This document shows positions 13,911-29,198 of a stretch of DNA of 64,000 bases, piece by piece. Position 1 is the first letter of the stretch. Every line of letters starts with the position of its first letter. Origin of the DNA: Eledone cirrhosa (Eukaryota); NCBI GenBank assembly GCA_964016885.1, contig OZ024745.1:62558001-62622000 (forward strand). Direction: 5' to 3'. Below the pieces are notes generated by a model, which saw only the letters and a program-made list of their open reading frames with translations, was not told the origin of the DNA and did not search any database. The position numbers and the translations under genes were made by a program.

Positions 13911-14329
13911 ATAAATAATGAATGAATATTACATAATTTATCTATTAAAGTTCGTAAACAAAAATAATTTTGTAAAAATAAATAATTTTAAATTGAATTC
14001 TTTTCAAAGTTGCACTTCCGGTATATCGTTGCCACCACCACCACTTCAACTACCATATTTATAGAAAGAGAGAGGGTATGATGTCAACACTTCCTGTGGC
14101 GATCACTTAAATAAACATACTAATTTTCTGTCACTAATTTTCTCCTAATGCAGTTTATATATAATATCGTCTTTTTTTAATGTATCATGGATTACGTTAC
14201 TGATTACATAAGACAGTGTAATAACATCTTCATTCAATTTCTGCTTATAATGTCAATTATGATTTTATTTGATGTATCATATCTACACGTATATATACTT
14301 GCGTATAATATCTATATACACAATACATA

Positions 14330-14707
14330 CGTTAGCAGAAAACCACCCAAAGGGTGATTTTTCTGCTAGTAATATTAAAAACTATCTTATAAAGCCATAT
14401 TTATTTTATTATATATATTTCAAGGGTACCAACATTTTGGCACGCTTTCATCAGATAAAATACAAAAGTTGTTTTACAGATAGTGACACATCCCAAAACA
14501 AGGACGTATGTTATCCTCATTAACATATTCATCCTAAGATTTGAATTTCTTTTTCATTATTCAACAGAACTTAAAACGATAAGTTCTTGTTTTTGGATAT
14601 GTCCCTATCTGTAAAATAACCTTTGTATTTTATCTGATGAAAGCTTGCCAAAATGTTGGTACCCTTGAAATATATATAATAAAATAAATATGGTTTTATA
14701 AAGATAG
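14330..14707. mobile_element. TA-associated inverted module, family H, with degenerate HHR
   Basis: Arms 14382-14505 and 14583-14707. CTGATGA...GCC AAAA TGTT at 14634-14658. Tail hairpin at 14333-14368. Confidence 0.7.
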
Positions 14708-14756
14708 CTTCCATTTATTAATATTATATATATATATTAATATTTCTACTATATAT

Positions 14757-14951
14757 AACGAAGGAAGTGTGATAAGGAACCAGGTAGACCATTACACACC
14801 AGAGTATTCGGTATTTAGGGTAGTAGTGTGGGTAATAGAATAATGTTCAAGACCCCGACCGTACAGCTCAAGCGGTTTGGACGGCTATATCAGTCTAGAA
14901 ATAGCTGTTGAAACGATTTGAGCTCTGCAGTCGGGTTCTTGAACATTTTCC
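14757..14951 (-). mobile_element. TA-embedded hairpin module, family B, older copy
   Basis: Homologous to 18193-18392 in the opposite orientation. Imperfect inverted arms plus a tail of about 80 nt. Confidence 0.8.
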
Positions 14952-14967
14952 TATATATATATATATA

Positions 14968-15168
14968 CTTTCAATCGTTCAATCGACTGACAGGAAGGTA
15001 TGCCGTGCTGATGACAGCAAATAAGCTACAAACTAGTTCATCTTTCCTTTGTCAGTGTTGAACAAAAGGGCAACGATGATTGCCGAACACTGTACGGCTT
15101 AATTCGGGCCTGTTTGTTTACAAACAAACCGAACATTATAATAAATGTTCGGTAAACCCATACGCACA
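14968..15168 (+). mobile_element. TA-embedded fragment with degenerate HHR and terminal hairpin
   Basis: GTG CTGATGA cAGC aaataa GCTa CAAA CTAG TT CAT at 15005-15041 (palindromic loop, GAAA mutated). Hairpin ACCGAACATT/AATGTTCGGT at 15128-15153. Confidence 0.55.
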
Positions 15169-15300
15169 TATATATATGTGTGCATGTATGTATGCATATA
15201 CATACTACTGTACGTCTGTATACATATATGTACGTATATATACTTATATTTAAGTATCAGCCGTACTAAGAGTGAGAAATGAAATGAAATTTCATGTTTT

Positions 15301-15368
<68 letters not shown>

Positions 15369-15395
15369 AATCATATATTCATATATATAATACAA

Positions 15396-15454
<59 letters not shown>

Positions 15455-16149
15455 TACATGTGTACACAAATATTCATGTTCAAATATAAAGTGTGAATAT
15501 ATGAATATATGTGTATCTATGGTTTCATCTCATTATATATATGAGATATCTAATGTACTATTGCTTCAATGCTCTCTGATGTGGCGTTTAAATTGTTTTT
15601 TAATAGCATCATCAAAATGATGTAAATTCTGTTTGACAGGTTATATATCTGAAACGCTGATAGTTTAAGTATGTGCAGTTGGTTGCAACAGTCAAAAGAT
15701 TGACAGTTACGTTACAAACCATTATATGACAAATCTTGTATAATATATACTCATGGCAGGTGTCAGCATATGCAGAAATAACACCAAAAATATATAGCTA
15801 CAATAGTGTTTGCTGATAAAACCTTGCATATATTAAATCTTATTAAATGTAAGGAAAACACCCACCATTATCAATTGTGCATTTTACAGTTTATATCTTT
15901 GAAGTTTTAAGTTCCTATGTATTTCAGATTAATTTGCGTTCCATACTCCCGGTATTTAAATGAGGGCAGATGATGGTCTAAACTCGTATATCTGATTTAG
16001 AAGCCATTACTCTCATTATTTTTGATTATGTTGTACTGTTATATGTATGATTTAACCACTGTCCCATTCACAGCACTGTTAGCATTTAGCAAGTGTGTGG
16101 TTTTTCGTATAAAAAATGATATGAAATTCTGATTGTAGGATTTTGTAAG

Positions 16150-16720
16150 ATACGTATTCATATAGGAATGGTTTCTGTTTTAATTCCAGGATGCTAATGA
16201 TTTCTATCTTCGGATCCTTTCACCAAAATATTGTATTTTTCAATTCCACTTGAAAAAAGAAATTGCCTGTGAAGATCCAAGCGCTGACTTCAAGCGAATT
16301 TGTTAAAAGATTGATAAGAGTAGGGAAGATGATCCGGAAAAGCAAAATGTGAGTATCCCTATATATAAAGGCGGAGGTCAACTTGTAGAAGAAACGCCAG
16401 AATTATTGGTGAGGTTGACACTTTGGGATTTTCCCTGCATAACATTCGGAAGTCCCCATATTTGTGAATCTGTCATTGTTCTACATTCCTCATTGTATAA
16501 TTTGTTTTCGTAATGTCATGTATCACCTTTTCATGTATCCATAAATCCACAGTGTATCAAAATTGCACCTGTACATTCATTGTTTTCTGTAGTTTATAAA
16601 GCACTTATTTCTATTATTCTTTGTTTCCCCTCTTCCTTTCGTTTTGTTTCTGCCGAGTGTCTTCCTGAAACCTAGTTAAAATAAACTCAATGGTACTACA
16701 GTTAACGCACCATATTGATT
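16150..16720 (+). mobile_element. Possible highly decayed PLE 3' fragment
   Basis: VSIPIYKG resembles the Penelope/Poseidon IPYIKG linker motif. Degenerate HHR-like CTGCCGA...GAAACCTAGTT at about 16650-16678. Ends at (TA)n. Confidence 0.35.
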
Positions 16721-16780
16721 ATATATACAGCTTTATATATATAATTTATAAATATAGTATATATATATATATATATATAA

Positions 16781-16845
<65 letters not shown>

Positions 16846-16853
16846 TTTATATA

Positions 16854-17096
16854 TGACTAAAGAAATTAAATAAATTATTTAGCCTGATAGTGGGGTTAAG
16901 AACCCTCGGAGAAATGGAAAAAGATGAGTATTGACGTACATGGGAGTCAATACTCATCTTTTTCCATTTCTCCGAGGGTTCTTAACCCCACTATCAGGCT
17001 AAATAATTTATTTAATTTCTTTAGTCAAAATACGGCGATAGCTTACATTTCTAATAATTTCAAACCCACTCGCTGTTTCGAAAATATTCTTACTTG

Positions 17097-17097
<1 letters not shown>
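16854..17097 (+). mobile_element. TA-embedded hairpin module, family F
   Basis: Perfect 82-bp inverted repeat (16854-16935 / 16946-17027) with a 10-nt spacer and a tail of about 70 nt on one arm only. Confidence 0.85.
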
Positions 17098-17122
<25 letters not shown>

Positions 17123-17127
<5 letters not shown>

Positions 17128-17518
17128 GTTATACTTGGGGAGGGTCATATTTGTGTAATATTGCCAGAATTAATAACAGAACACACTCACTGTTTGGTTG
17201 GTTTTCGCTTCTCACTGTCTTTTATATCTGCGATCTAACTTAATCGGACCTCAATGTTGCCATTGACTGACCGACGGTCAAAAATAAATTGTATCTGTAT
17301 TATTTTTGACCGTCGGTCAGTCAATGGCAACATTGAGGACCGATTAAGTTAGATCGCAGATATAAAAGACAGCGAGAAGCGAAAACCAACCAAACAGTGA
17401 GTGTGTTCTGTTATTAATTCTGGCAATATTACACAAATATGACCCTCCCCAAGTATAACAATATTTGTTTCGACACACGATTTCATATAAAAACCCTCGC
17501 TAAACTAATTCATCGCCG

Positions 17519-17519
<1 letters not shown>
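17123..17519 (+). mobile_element. TA-embedded hairpin module, family A-related 3' end
   Basis: Arms 17123-17287 / 17300-17464 with about 2 mismatches and a 12-nt spacer. Shares GACCCTCCC(C/A)AAGTATAACAATAT and a homologous tail with family A. Confidence 0.85.
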
Positions 17520-17588
<69 letters not shown>

Positions 17589-17621
17589 TTATATATATAT
17601 ATACTTATATATACTTATATA

Positions 17622-18183
17622 TTTCGTTTCTGAATTTGTTTAGCAAGATTCTTTATCTGAAAAGGTGTGTTGAAACCGATATTGTTATACTTTGGGAGGG
17701 TCATGTTGCCAATAAGAAACACACGCACGAGTAGCTTCACTTCAATTTATTATAATAAATTTATAAATTTAGGAATTTATAAATTACCGGTTGGTTGGTT
17801 TGTTCCACAACCAGATGATTGTTTATATATTGTCAAAGTTCTTTCGTCACACATTCTGTGACCTCGTAATTGACTGGAGGTTCTTTTCTTTGTTTTTTTT
17901 GTTTTTTTGTGCCTCTCCTTTGTTCTGTCCTACACCATCAAGATGGCGTAGGACTGAACAAAGGAGAGGCACAAAAAACAAAGAAAATAATCACCAGTCA
18001 CTGATGTGGTCACATAATGTGTGACGAAAGAACTTTCACAAACATCTGGTTGTGGAACCAACCAACCAACCGGAAATTTATAAATTCCTAAATTTATAAA
18101 TTTTATTATAATAAATTGAAGTGAAAGCAACTGGCGTGTGTGTTTCTTATTGGCAACATGATCCTCCCAAAGTATAACAATAT
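17622..18183. mobile_element. PLE family A 3' UTR hairpin (tail-bearing left arm, tail-less right arm)
   Basis: Arms 17622-17939 and 17941-18183 meet at CCATC-AA-GATGG. HHR copies at about 17833-17875 (-) and 17997-18039 (+). Confidence 0.9.
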
Positions 18184-18192
18184 ATATATATA

Positions 18193-18392
18193 GGAACAAG
18201 TATGACCCCGACGGCAGAGCTCAAGCCGTTTCGACGGCTATTTCTGGACATAAAAGTCACGAAATAGCCGTCGAAACGGCTTGAGCTCTGCCGTCGGGGT
18301 CATACTTTTTCTATTACCCACTCTACTACTCTAAGTATTGAGTACTTTGGTGCGTTATGGTCCATCTGGTTCCTTACCAGAATTCCTTCGTT
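18193..18392 (+). mobile_element. TA-embedded hairpin module, family B, young copy
   Basis: Perfect 47-bp arms (18198-18244 / 18261-18307) with a 16-nt loop and a tail to 18392. Confidence 0.85.
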
Positions 18393-18910
18393 ATATATAT
18401 ATATACAAAATTAAAATTAAGGGTTGTCATGTCTGAGAGACATGCGCCATATCCGCCGTAGAATAAGCTCAAAGATTAGAACCGAATAACTAGAAATGGA
18501 TTTGACATATATATATATATATATATATATAAAATAAACATATAAATCAATCACAGGGAATAATTTGTAAAGAATGTAAGCACACATAGCTAGGTAGGTA
18601 ACTAATTAAAGTTTAACTAGAACTTCAAATATAGATACCTTTTAAAATGATTAATCTCCTTTGTATATATTTCTTTAAGTAAGAAATATATTTCACCTAT
18701 TAATCCGTAAATCACAGCAGTTAAATTTGTGAATGTTCACCAAAGCAGAAGATAACCCACTGCGTTTACAAAGCAAATGCAAATCTGTGAATGACTCGAA
18801 CCACGTGTTGGTTTGTGTATCACTATTGAGTCAGAAAGGATCTAACCCAAAGGACACAGACTATTCGAAGAGAGAGACGTCTTCATGTAAATGCAACTCC
18901 GACAAATTCC

Positions 18911-19155
<245 letters not shown>

Positions 19156-20319
19156 AAACCCATACATGTGAATGTGCATTTTTTATATCTATATATATAT
19201 ATAAATTACACATATTGCGCAATTAGGTGTTCACTCTGGTGTGAACTGCTACTCGGTGAAGAAAAATCAATTATTGTATGTTAAGTATAATAACATTTAT
19301 TAAATGCTGTGTCTATGTTGCATCTCTACAATTTTTCATCGCAATGAGCTTATTTGGAAACATGCCAAGGAATAATTGTCGATGGGATGTGTACTTGTTA
19401 GTATTTCGTGTATATATGCCTCAGAAGTGTTTCATTTAATACATATCATTCTTCCGTTTGATCAATTTGTATCTGTATTCTAAGATAATTCCGCATGTAG
19501 CCACATATATACCACAAATAGAGGTTCGATTTTTTTCTTTTTTATTCTTGGAAATTTGATAGAAAATATGTAGAATTTGGTTGGATTTCAGGTGATGATT
19601 TTTAATACACTTAAACAAAACGTAATATAAACTGTTACTTTATTTCTAGTTTTTACAAATTTATGTCCAGATAACAGAGATATTAGAACTGTTAATATGA
19701 TCTCACTCCCTGAAATTTTACGTAAAATTCTAAAGCTAGTAACGAAAACATACATATGCCATAAACTATGTTAAGCGCATCAAACTATTTCTAAAAATAA
19801 TTATCTACCAAAGAAAAATTAATCTTTCCGTTAAAACGCCGCTGATTTAAGAGTATCAGACAACTGGTATAAATACATTAAGTGATGTTTCTATATAGAG
19901 ATCAGTTAAATAAAATGCAGCTGTTTCTACATTAACCTATTATTATTTTGTAGAAAGTAAGGGAGTGGATATAGTGTGCTACACATTATTTATTGATTTA
20001 CTTCACTAGATTGTAACCTCTAACAGCGGTTTACTTTAACACATTAAGATGGAATGAAATGAAACGGGAATTTGAATCAGATATTTCTACCTGCACCTGG
20101 GAAAATTTCAGTTAATTAACGTTTCCACTATAATAATAAAAACAATAATTTTTTCTACTGCTTACACAGGGCCAGCGATTTCAAGGCATTGGAATGTCGA
20201 TTAAATACACCTCAGTTTGTAACTGGTATTTTCTTTTCTTTTATCGACGACATAAGGGTGAAAATCAAAGCTAACCAAGGTGGGATTGGAACGCAGAGTT
20301 AAATATCTAGCTCATTGGT

Positions 20320-21450
20320 CATCTTCAATATATACTACTGACGAAATGAATGTGGACGACTTTTATTCTTACTTGAAAGATGTCACAGCATGTGTGCCAC
20401 CACACAATCATTTAGTAATTGTTCGAGATTTTAATACCAAGCTAGGACGTGTGGATATAAAATTCTCATATAATACAGAAAAAAAGAAAAACAGAGAGCC
20501 GTTGATTACATAACCTTTCTATAGAGTTCACCCTATTCAACTCTAACACCAATTTCATGAAAGACAAAACAAACATTCGACCCACCAGCAACCAAATGGG
20601 TCCGGATCAAGATTTCATTACATCTAAGCTCGGAAAAAGTGGAATAATGGTGTGCATCATGTTTAGGTCTAATTATCGTTTACTTCAGTAGAATATGGCT
20701 ACGGAGTGATATATATTAACACTAAACTGTATCTTCACTACTCAATGCGATCATGACCTAATACAATTAAAGAAATAATCTGGTCAAGAGTCACATCAAA
20801 CACTACCATTAGACATACATGTTTTCATAGGTTTCAATAAATGTCATAATGCACTATCAAACCCCTCTGATGGTATTGACACTCGCTGCAAAAAATTACA
20901 AGCATGTACAAAGGACATGAAACTTTCTACATTACAAAAAAAAAGAAAAACCTCAAAGGTTCCACCCTGTTCTGCATCCACATTTGAAATACAAAAATAG
21001 AAATTCATGGTGTTTAACAGCGCTAAGAAGGGAATGGATGAAAACATCCATTTAAAATTTATTCAAAGCCCCCCCCCCCCCCCCCCTTACACTCGACTAA
21101 CTAACACGCTTCATCTTGGAAAATCATCAACAACAAAAACAACTGAGGGAAAATCAAACATTCTATTAGGGTGAAATTAGGGATCAATGTATCAGAGAAA
21201 ATCACTTTGGCTCTATCATTTTCAGGAAACTCCTAGGGTATGAAGCCAAATCCTATGGCTTATCACTGCCGAACATTTGCTTAACAACAATACTTAACAA
21301 GAATACTACTAATATTACTGTCGATGAGATCAAAGGAACAGTCAAATATTTCCCAAATAATAAATATCCTGGCCCTGATAATACTCCTACTTTTACTAAT
21401 TTTGCTATATTCCTCGCCTTGAAAATGCCAAAGAAGGAGATGAAAAACAC
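20320..21450 (+). mobile_element. Decayed LINE (RTE-like): APE endonuclease to start of RT
   Basis: VPPHNHLVIVRDFNTKLG (cf. GDFNAKLG) and KYPGPDNTP (cf. KSPGPDGIP). Preceded by a diverged minus-strand SINE at about 20150-20300. Confidence 0.7.
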
Positions 21451-22223
21451 ATAGGGATATTGTTTTCATAGTATCAGCCAGCAGACAGGTATTTAGCAGA
21501 CCATAATCCCGTAAATTCACTTTGTAGGCAGCTATTAAGGTAACGTTAACATTTGAGAGTTTTATGAATCTATCTTTAAAAGAAATCGAATATTTGACCA
21601 TGGATATTCACCTGGAATATGTTGAGGTGCTTACTGCCACATGATATCTTTAATAGTTCTGTGTATTCAAAAATGTGATGCGAAACCGTGGGCTCAAATG
21701 ATTAATTACTCTTTGCCTTACGTTAGAAATAGGTTCGTTATAAATAAAACATATCTTCAAATATGAATTGGTAAAACAATTCCAACCTTTATCATATAGA
21801 TCTAAACCAATTATGGGCAAACATGCAGCCGGTTTGCCGTTCTGAATTTCACAACTGTCTTGAATTATATGCGGCGCGATAGTAGTGCTGCTGATTGTTC
21901 GAAACAGGGTGCCCATGCTTGTTCTAAACGTATGAAAATATAATATAGGGATTCTATATTGAGGCTGATGCATCCCTATAGCAGGCACATTTCGACATTC
22001 ATTATAAAAATGATAGTATTCTAAATCTAGACAATCAAGAAACCAAATGTTCGAATTTCGTCAAATAATTGTTTTCATTTTAAAGTATTTAGCTGCATAT
22101 AGTCATTCAAAATATATATACGTTATGTTCTACAGAATATTATCATATTAATTAACATTGTAAAATAAACATATACAAACATCATTCTTTAATACAGAGA
22201 GTCAATTACATATGCGTGATGTT

Positions 22224-22273
<50 letters not shown>

Positions 22274-24951
22274 ACTTTAACTTACTTCAATGAGATAACT
22301 TTTATACTAATTTATGGTAACTTTACTTTCAAACTTCTATTTATTTTTGGAAAAGTGTTAATGCTATATCTGAAAATTTCCCTAACTTTGAATTCTAAAG
22401 TTTGCCATAGAGGATATGTAACATATATTAATTAACATTTTTCTAAAGTCTGCTTGAGAATACAGAAAACTTACTTGTAATAACAAACAACATTTAGTCA
22501 GAAGCCTTTTTCTTTGTTGGATATATATTATCTCACACGAAATACAAAGATATTGCATAAAACGAAAAAAGTAAAGAAATGGTAGTGATTGGAACATGTT
22601 CATTTTTATATGAATGAACTTAACGAAAGTAACAGATATGCAAGTAAACAATCAACGAAACGTATAAATAAATTCGTTTAGCTACAATTTCTGTCAATTC
22701 AAATACATTTCAAAGTGTATATTCAATTTTGGCCGAATGCTAGTTTTGATCAACTATTCGCCGGCTTAGCTACAATATGAAAAGAAAATACATTTTCCTG
22801 CATTTAATAAACACTGTATTCATGCACTATAATGGATGTTCTATATTTCAACCTTGGCAACTGCGTAAAACCGGTTCATTAGCAAGTAGGAATCACGTCC
22901 TATTGCTAAATGCTTTCTCAATTATCATTATACGGGCTATGGACGATATCTATATGTTCATTAGCATCAATGCAGCTTTTATCAATGTGATTCGTGTGAA
23001 TTAACGTATCCAGAAAATGTATAATGGAAATTCCCCACCACTAGCTATATTAATTAGGCTACAAAATAGGCAAACGTGCGTTCCTCAAAACGAGATATAT
23101 AAATGAAATGAAAGAAAGGTAAAGGACACTTGATGCCTTTTATTTATTAGTGCTGTCTTGAATATACTTAATTTTCCTTTACTAGTTTTTCTAATAGAAA
23201 TATATTTCGAACTCCCAGAGAGATAAGTACATCGTATACAGATGATAAAAAAGAGAAATGTGTAAATTAGAACTGAACTTATTTAAGTTTACTTCATATT
23301 CTCTAATATATATGTGATATTTTATTCCATGATAAGGATGAACTTCGTTCTCCAAAGATAGCATTCCTTGGAATACTTTTTATAAGATCATATGATGATT
23401 TATAACATCATTGGTTATTACATATTTCTGAATTTAATAAAAGAATTCACAGTCATATATTCTATTTCATTTCTAAGTTCTTATAATCTGAAAGTTACAT
23501 TTAACCTGTTGCATTTGATACTCATTAATTCATTAACTAAATTCATTTTTACAAAAATTCATTTTGTTTGAACATTGAATACGTTACAATTATTCACCAG
23601 TTACAATCCGCCCATTCTGATGCAAATATAGTTTATGAATCATTGTGTGAGCTGTATTGTATGTTAACATACAATATTATACTATTGGTGTTGGTGATTT
23701 TCATGGATTCAATGTTATATATCAATGATATATCAATGACATATATTGTGGCATTATGTAAGTCATACATTACATGGTAGAATGATCCACGCTACCATTA
23801 TCTCAGTAAATCCCATATAATATATTGGTCAGTTTGCGGATAGACAATTTGGAAGATACTTTAAATTTAACATCGTCTTCCGGCCGGCAACAAATTATTT
23901 TCAATAATAATACTCTATTTTCTATTCAACTGTCCAATTTCGATAATCATTTGTCAGCACCTCATGTTAAATAAATGAAATTAATGAAACACTTTCGATT
24001 ATTTTGTGTGTTAAGGAAGTAAACACAAGGTATCCAGAAATAATAAGCCGAGGGAAAAAAGTGTAAAATGATGGAACTTCAAATTTTATTGGATTTTCGG
24101 GGATATTGGTGTGGGAGAAATATGACATTTTCTTAAAGGAAATATTAATAAATTAAAGGATAAAAAACAAATGACATTTCCTCGTTCGTAAAACATTTAT
24201 ACTCATTGTAAATATTTATTTAAAATGTTTATTCTTCCAATGATGCAATTAAATCATCCTTCTATTCCATTCTGTGAAAACAATATCTATTTGCTCACGT
24301 TTCAACTTATTAACAAGGGAACTAACTTGATTTCAAATGTGTCGGATTTATATTGAATACAAAGTAAAACTCACATGATGATACATATACAAACATATAA
24401 AATGCCCAGTCATATAGCACAGAAATAAGCAGTAATATTATCTATAAATGGATGATTCTGCCTATATATCTTTGCATATATGAATATACATAGATTTGAA
24501 TTGTGTAGATTTATGTGGATTAAGCCTGCTCAAGTGTGTTTCTGTTAACTCCGTGAATTCCAAGTTATAAAACTGAAACAATACTACCATTATGTGTATA
24601 TATGCAGTTGCAAGTATGGTTATAAGCAATACATTTAAAGTAACGCATCGCTGCCTATTGAATGGACTTAGTTTATCAGCGAAATTGTCACCACAGGCTG
24701 ATTAGGTTGGTTATTTACTTAAGAACACAGTATGTTCCAATCCAGTTTCCGTGGAACTGTTAGTCCCATAAAATTACTCAGCCACCTAGTCTTGATACAT
24801 GAGTGGTAATGACAAAACTCCAGTTGCTGCAGGCATTCCTAATATCTTCAATTCCATTGGCGAAGGCACTTGCAAGCTACATATAGGGGAATAATATAAG
24901 AATTCTAGTATCTCCCATACGAAACACGAGGCATAACTGACGTATCAACAA

Positions 24952-25072
24952 TAATTGTTTCTACTTTTGGCACAAGGCCATCAATTACTCAGTACATTAC
25001 TGGTACTTTATTTTATCGACCCCGTAAGGATGAAAGGCAAAGTTAACCTCGGCGGGATTTGAACTCAGACCG
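24952..25072 (-). mobile_element. SINE, 5'-truncated
   Basis: Matches the consensus and includes box B. Confidence 0.9.
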
Positions 25073-25303
25073 TATTAACAATAATAGTTCCATATAATTG
25101 TTAGAGTGTTCGAGGATATAAGTTTTTGAAGATTCTCCCGACCATTGACTCACATGGTTTTATTTTCATTATTCTCATAAATGAATAATGGAAACAATCT
25201 CCTAGGATTGTTTGACTGTTTCATATTTTCAGATTGAACAAACATTTTTAGTTGTTTTCAAAAATTGCTTAATGGCTAAATTTGTAATTTATCAAGTCTA
25301 TTC

Positions 25304-25779
<476 letters not shown>

Positions 25780-27421
25780 CACACATATATATGTGTGTGT
25801 ATGGATGCATGTAAGCCCCAAATTTTCATTAATATATGTGGATAAAACCTTACACCATATATATGAAACATGAATGACTATAATTTATGGTTTGCATTAT
25901 TTTGTCTCGTCTCACAAGAACCTTGTCCAAATACTGTAAATGGTTTCTATCAGATTCAGTAAATTAAGTATCCGTAAATGGTTAATTGACATATTTTTCA
26001 CTCGCAAATAAGTCAAAGTAAATGTTGAAAGTAAAATCTACCAACATCTAGCCTTATTCATTCACACAATCATTAACGGCCATGCAGTCGCAGACAATAA
26101 ATTCACTCAGCACCACATACACATACACTTCAGATACAGTAACATTGCATTACTGACGACGTACGTGCGTACTTGCTTTTACTTTCATTCGTTCAGTAAA
26201 ATCGATGGTTTGATGCAGAATAGAGAGATTGTAGTATACATATTTATTACGCGTCTTGAACCACTGGATAAACAAAGAATAGATAAATCCTAATCACATT
26301 TGCATTGCCGGATTAAACTGTAGAGTATTAACATTCGTTTCTCGATATCGTTTGCTATTTTCATTATACGTTTCATTTCACACAGGAGAGCTTTCGGTGA
26401 GACGGCAAATTGCTTGTTGACAATGGAGTGCCTAACTACGTTATTTTCTTATATACATATATGTTATCCGTTGCACGTTATCTTATATTCTGTTTAAATT
26501 TGCCGAACTATCTTAAACATCATCAGAAACATAAGCATATCTGAGAGCAATCAACTATAAAAATTCCATATCTGCAAGTGATGAAGAATTATTTCGAATG
26601 TTTATCACGTAGACATTCCGCTAATCTCGACATTTAATATCTTTCCATATGATACATTTACATGTGTATCCTTATAAAATATGCTTCAGAACATAACAGG
26701 GTATCATGCCATTATCAGAGATACTCCATCAACAGGTTCCGTTTCTTATAGATAACGAGCAGGTTCTCAGATATATACTATATTCGAACAAATGGAATCC
26801 CTCATCCTAAAATTGAAATTACTTATCATTACATTTGTTTCTTCGTGCTCAAATCCATTTCTTTATCCACCATTTTCCAACATCTCATCGTCATGGCCAT
26901 CATCCTGAACAATACCACTATAAAAAGCACCATGGACATTTTCGTAATGCTCAGCTACATCAAACACCTTGGTATAATAAACACTTCGGTATTATACCGA
27001 GCATGATTATCTTCATGGTGTTCATTATCCTCTTCTTTTCAAACATGCCATATTGTTGATTATTCTTCTCCATACTTAAAATACTCAGCACTACCTTACG
27101 CATATTTAACCCTAGGTAGACGGTAGTATATTTGACGATTCTTCTCTGTTGGAAACGTTATATCTGGAGAGAGATCAGCTTGTAATATTTGAATCAGCCC
27201 CAAAAATTATGAATTCAAATCCCATGGAGAACAATTTTGGTCTTCATTTTTGTAGATCGAAACTATATACCACCAAATCTAGTATTATAATCTGATTTAT
27301 CAACGACAAATCCATGTCAACATTCAACGAGCTTGGGGGAATGCATTGAAGCCTAAATTCACATCAATATGTGACACAAAATTGAACCCACTATGAACAC
27401 ACTATGTTATGCTAAAATAAC

Positions 27422-27494
<73 letters not shown>

Positions 27495-28322
27495 GTATAT
27501 CTTTTGCACCCAAGTCATATGTAGGCTTTTGAAAAATAAGCAAGTATAGATCCGAAAGGATTAGAGGCTATTTCAATCAATTATCAAGTAACATTCTATT
27601 TCCCTTCAAAAAGTGATCCTGAAAAATCGAACCTGTTGATTACGTATACGTAGAATATATAATTAGAATTATTGTAATTATTGTGTTTATTGTTTTGTTT
27701 CCTAATGCTGCTGTTGCCATTATACACTTCGTAACTGAATCAGCTTTAGCGGCTATTTGCGTGTTTAGATTTGATAAATTGCACTGCCAACATATTCAAT
27801 GACAACGAATCATTTACTCTTGTGCGTGTAATATTCACACAATTCGGTATGAGGAGGTGATAAGAGAAGAATATATAAATGCAATGTTATTCAAACTATC
27901 TTTAATTATCACGTTTACATCGATAAATGCTGATATTTTTGTGTTAGATAATAGATTATATTTTTAAAAGGTGCTACAAATCAAAAGGTGTTGCCATTAA
28001 CAGTTCTTTACTTTTGTCAGTAACCGAGATGTCTATTAATAAAGACACGCTTCCTTCATATACATTTACTCCTTAATATTTACGAGAAGAGATCATATAT
28101 TAAGGTTCCCTTTCCGTTGAGGAAACGCTATCTCTACTACCTTAACAAAATATCAACTGACAGCTCTTCAATCATAAAAAGAGGCGATACATTGAACAGG
28201 GTTTCCAAACGCTTACCAAGTTATATTCATATGTTTATATGGTATTTCCAAAGCCTAGTGTGTATATTGATATAGTTGAAGTATATGTAAAATGAAATCA
28301 GTGGCAGAAAGAAATTTATAAT

Positions 28323-28360
<38 letters not shown>

Positions 28361-28368
<8 letters not shown>

Positions 28369-29198
28369 TATAAAAAGGAATAATAGATACAATATACCTA
28401 TTTTTTCTTAAGTCCCGACTGTACAGTTTCGCTGGTCACTATGCAAAAATGTTATATCATAGATATGTAACATTGTAGTGAGGTAAGCCAGCTTATCAAG
28501 AGAGCACCTCAGGGAAGAGCCCTAACTACATACGTCCGTAGCATGCGAGAAAATCTCAGAAAGGCGGAGGGAGACTCTATCACGTGATACACCGGTCAAG
28601 AAAGGGGATTAAACCCTTGTAGCAGTGAAAATATCTCAGAAGGCGGAGGGAGATATTGATATGATACATAGGCTACAGAAGGGTGGTAAGGTTGAATAGA
28701 AGTGTATATAGTGTTTGCTTGAAAGCAGTCACTATACTTCCGGGGTTACTCTACCGTGAGGGAGTTAGAGACAATAATGAGAGGTATACAAATATATGTG
28801 TATACATACATATACATGTATATATAAACATATATTTTTCACGAGTATGTGAGATTGTATGTTGTCGACCTTAACCAGTGTTACTCTATGATTAGGAGAG
28901 ACAAAATAATCGAAATAATTAAATTGACACAATATCAGAGTTATGTAAAATATTATAAAAAGGAATAATAGAAAAATAAAGAAAAAAATAGGTATATTGT
29001 ATCTATTATTCCTTTTTATAATATTTTACATAACTCTGATATTGTGTCAATTTAATTATTTCGATTATTCTGTCTCTCATAATCATAGAGTAACACTGGT
29101 TAAGGTCGACAACATACAATCTCACATACTCGTGAAAAATATATGTTTATATATACATGTATATGTATGTATACACATATATTTGTATACCTCTCATT

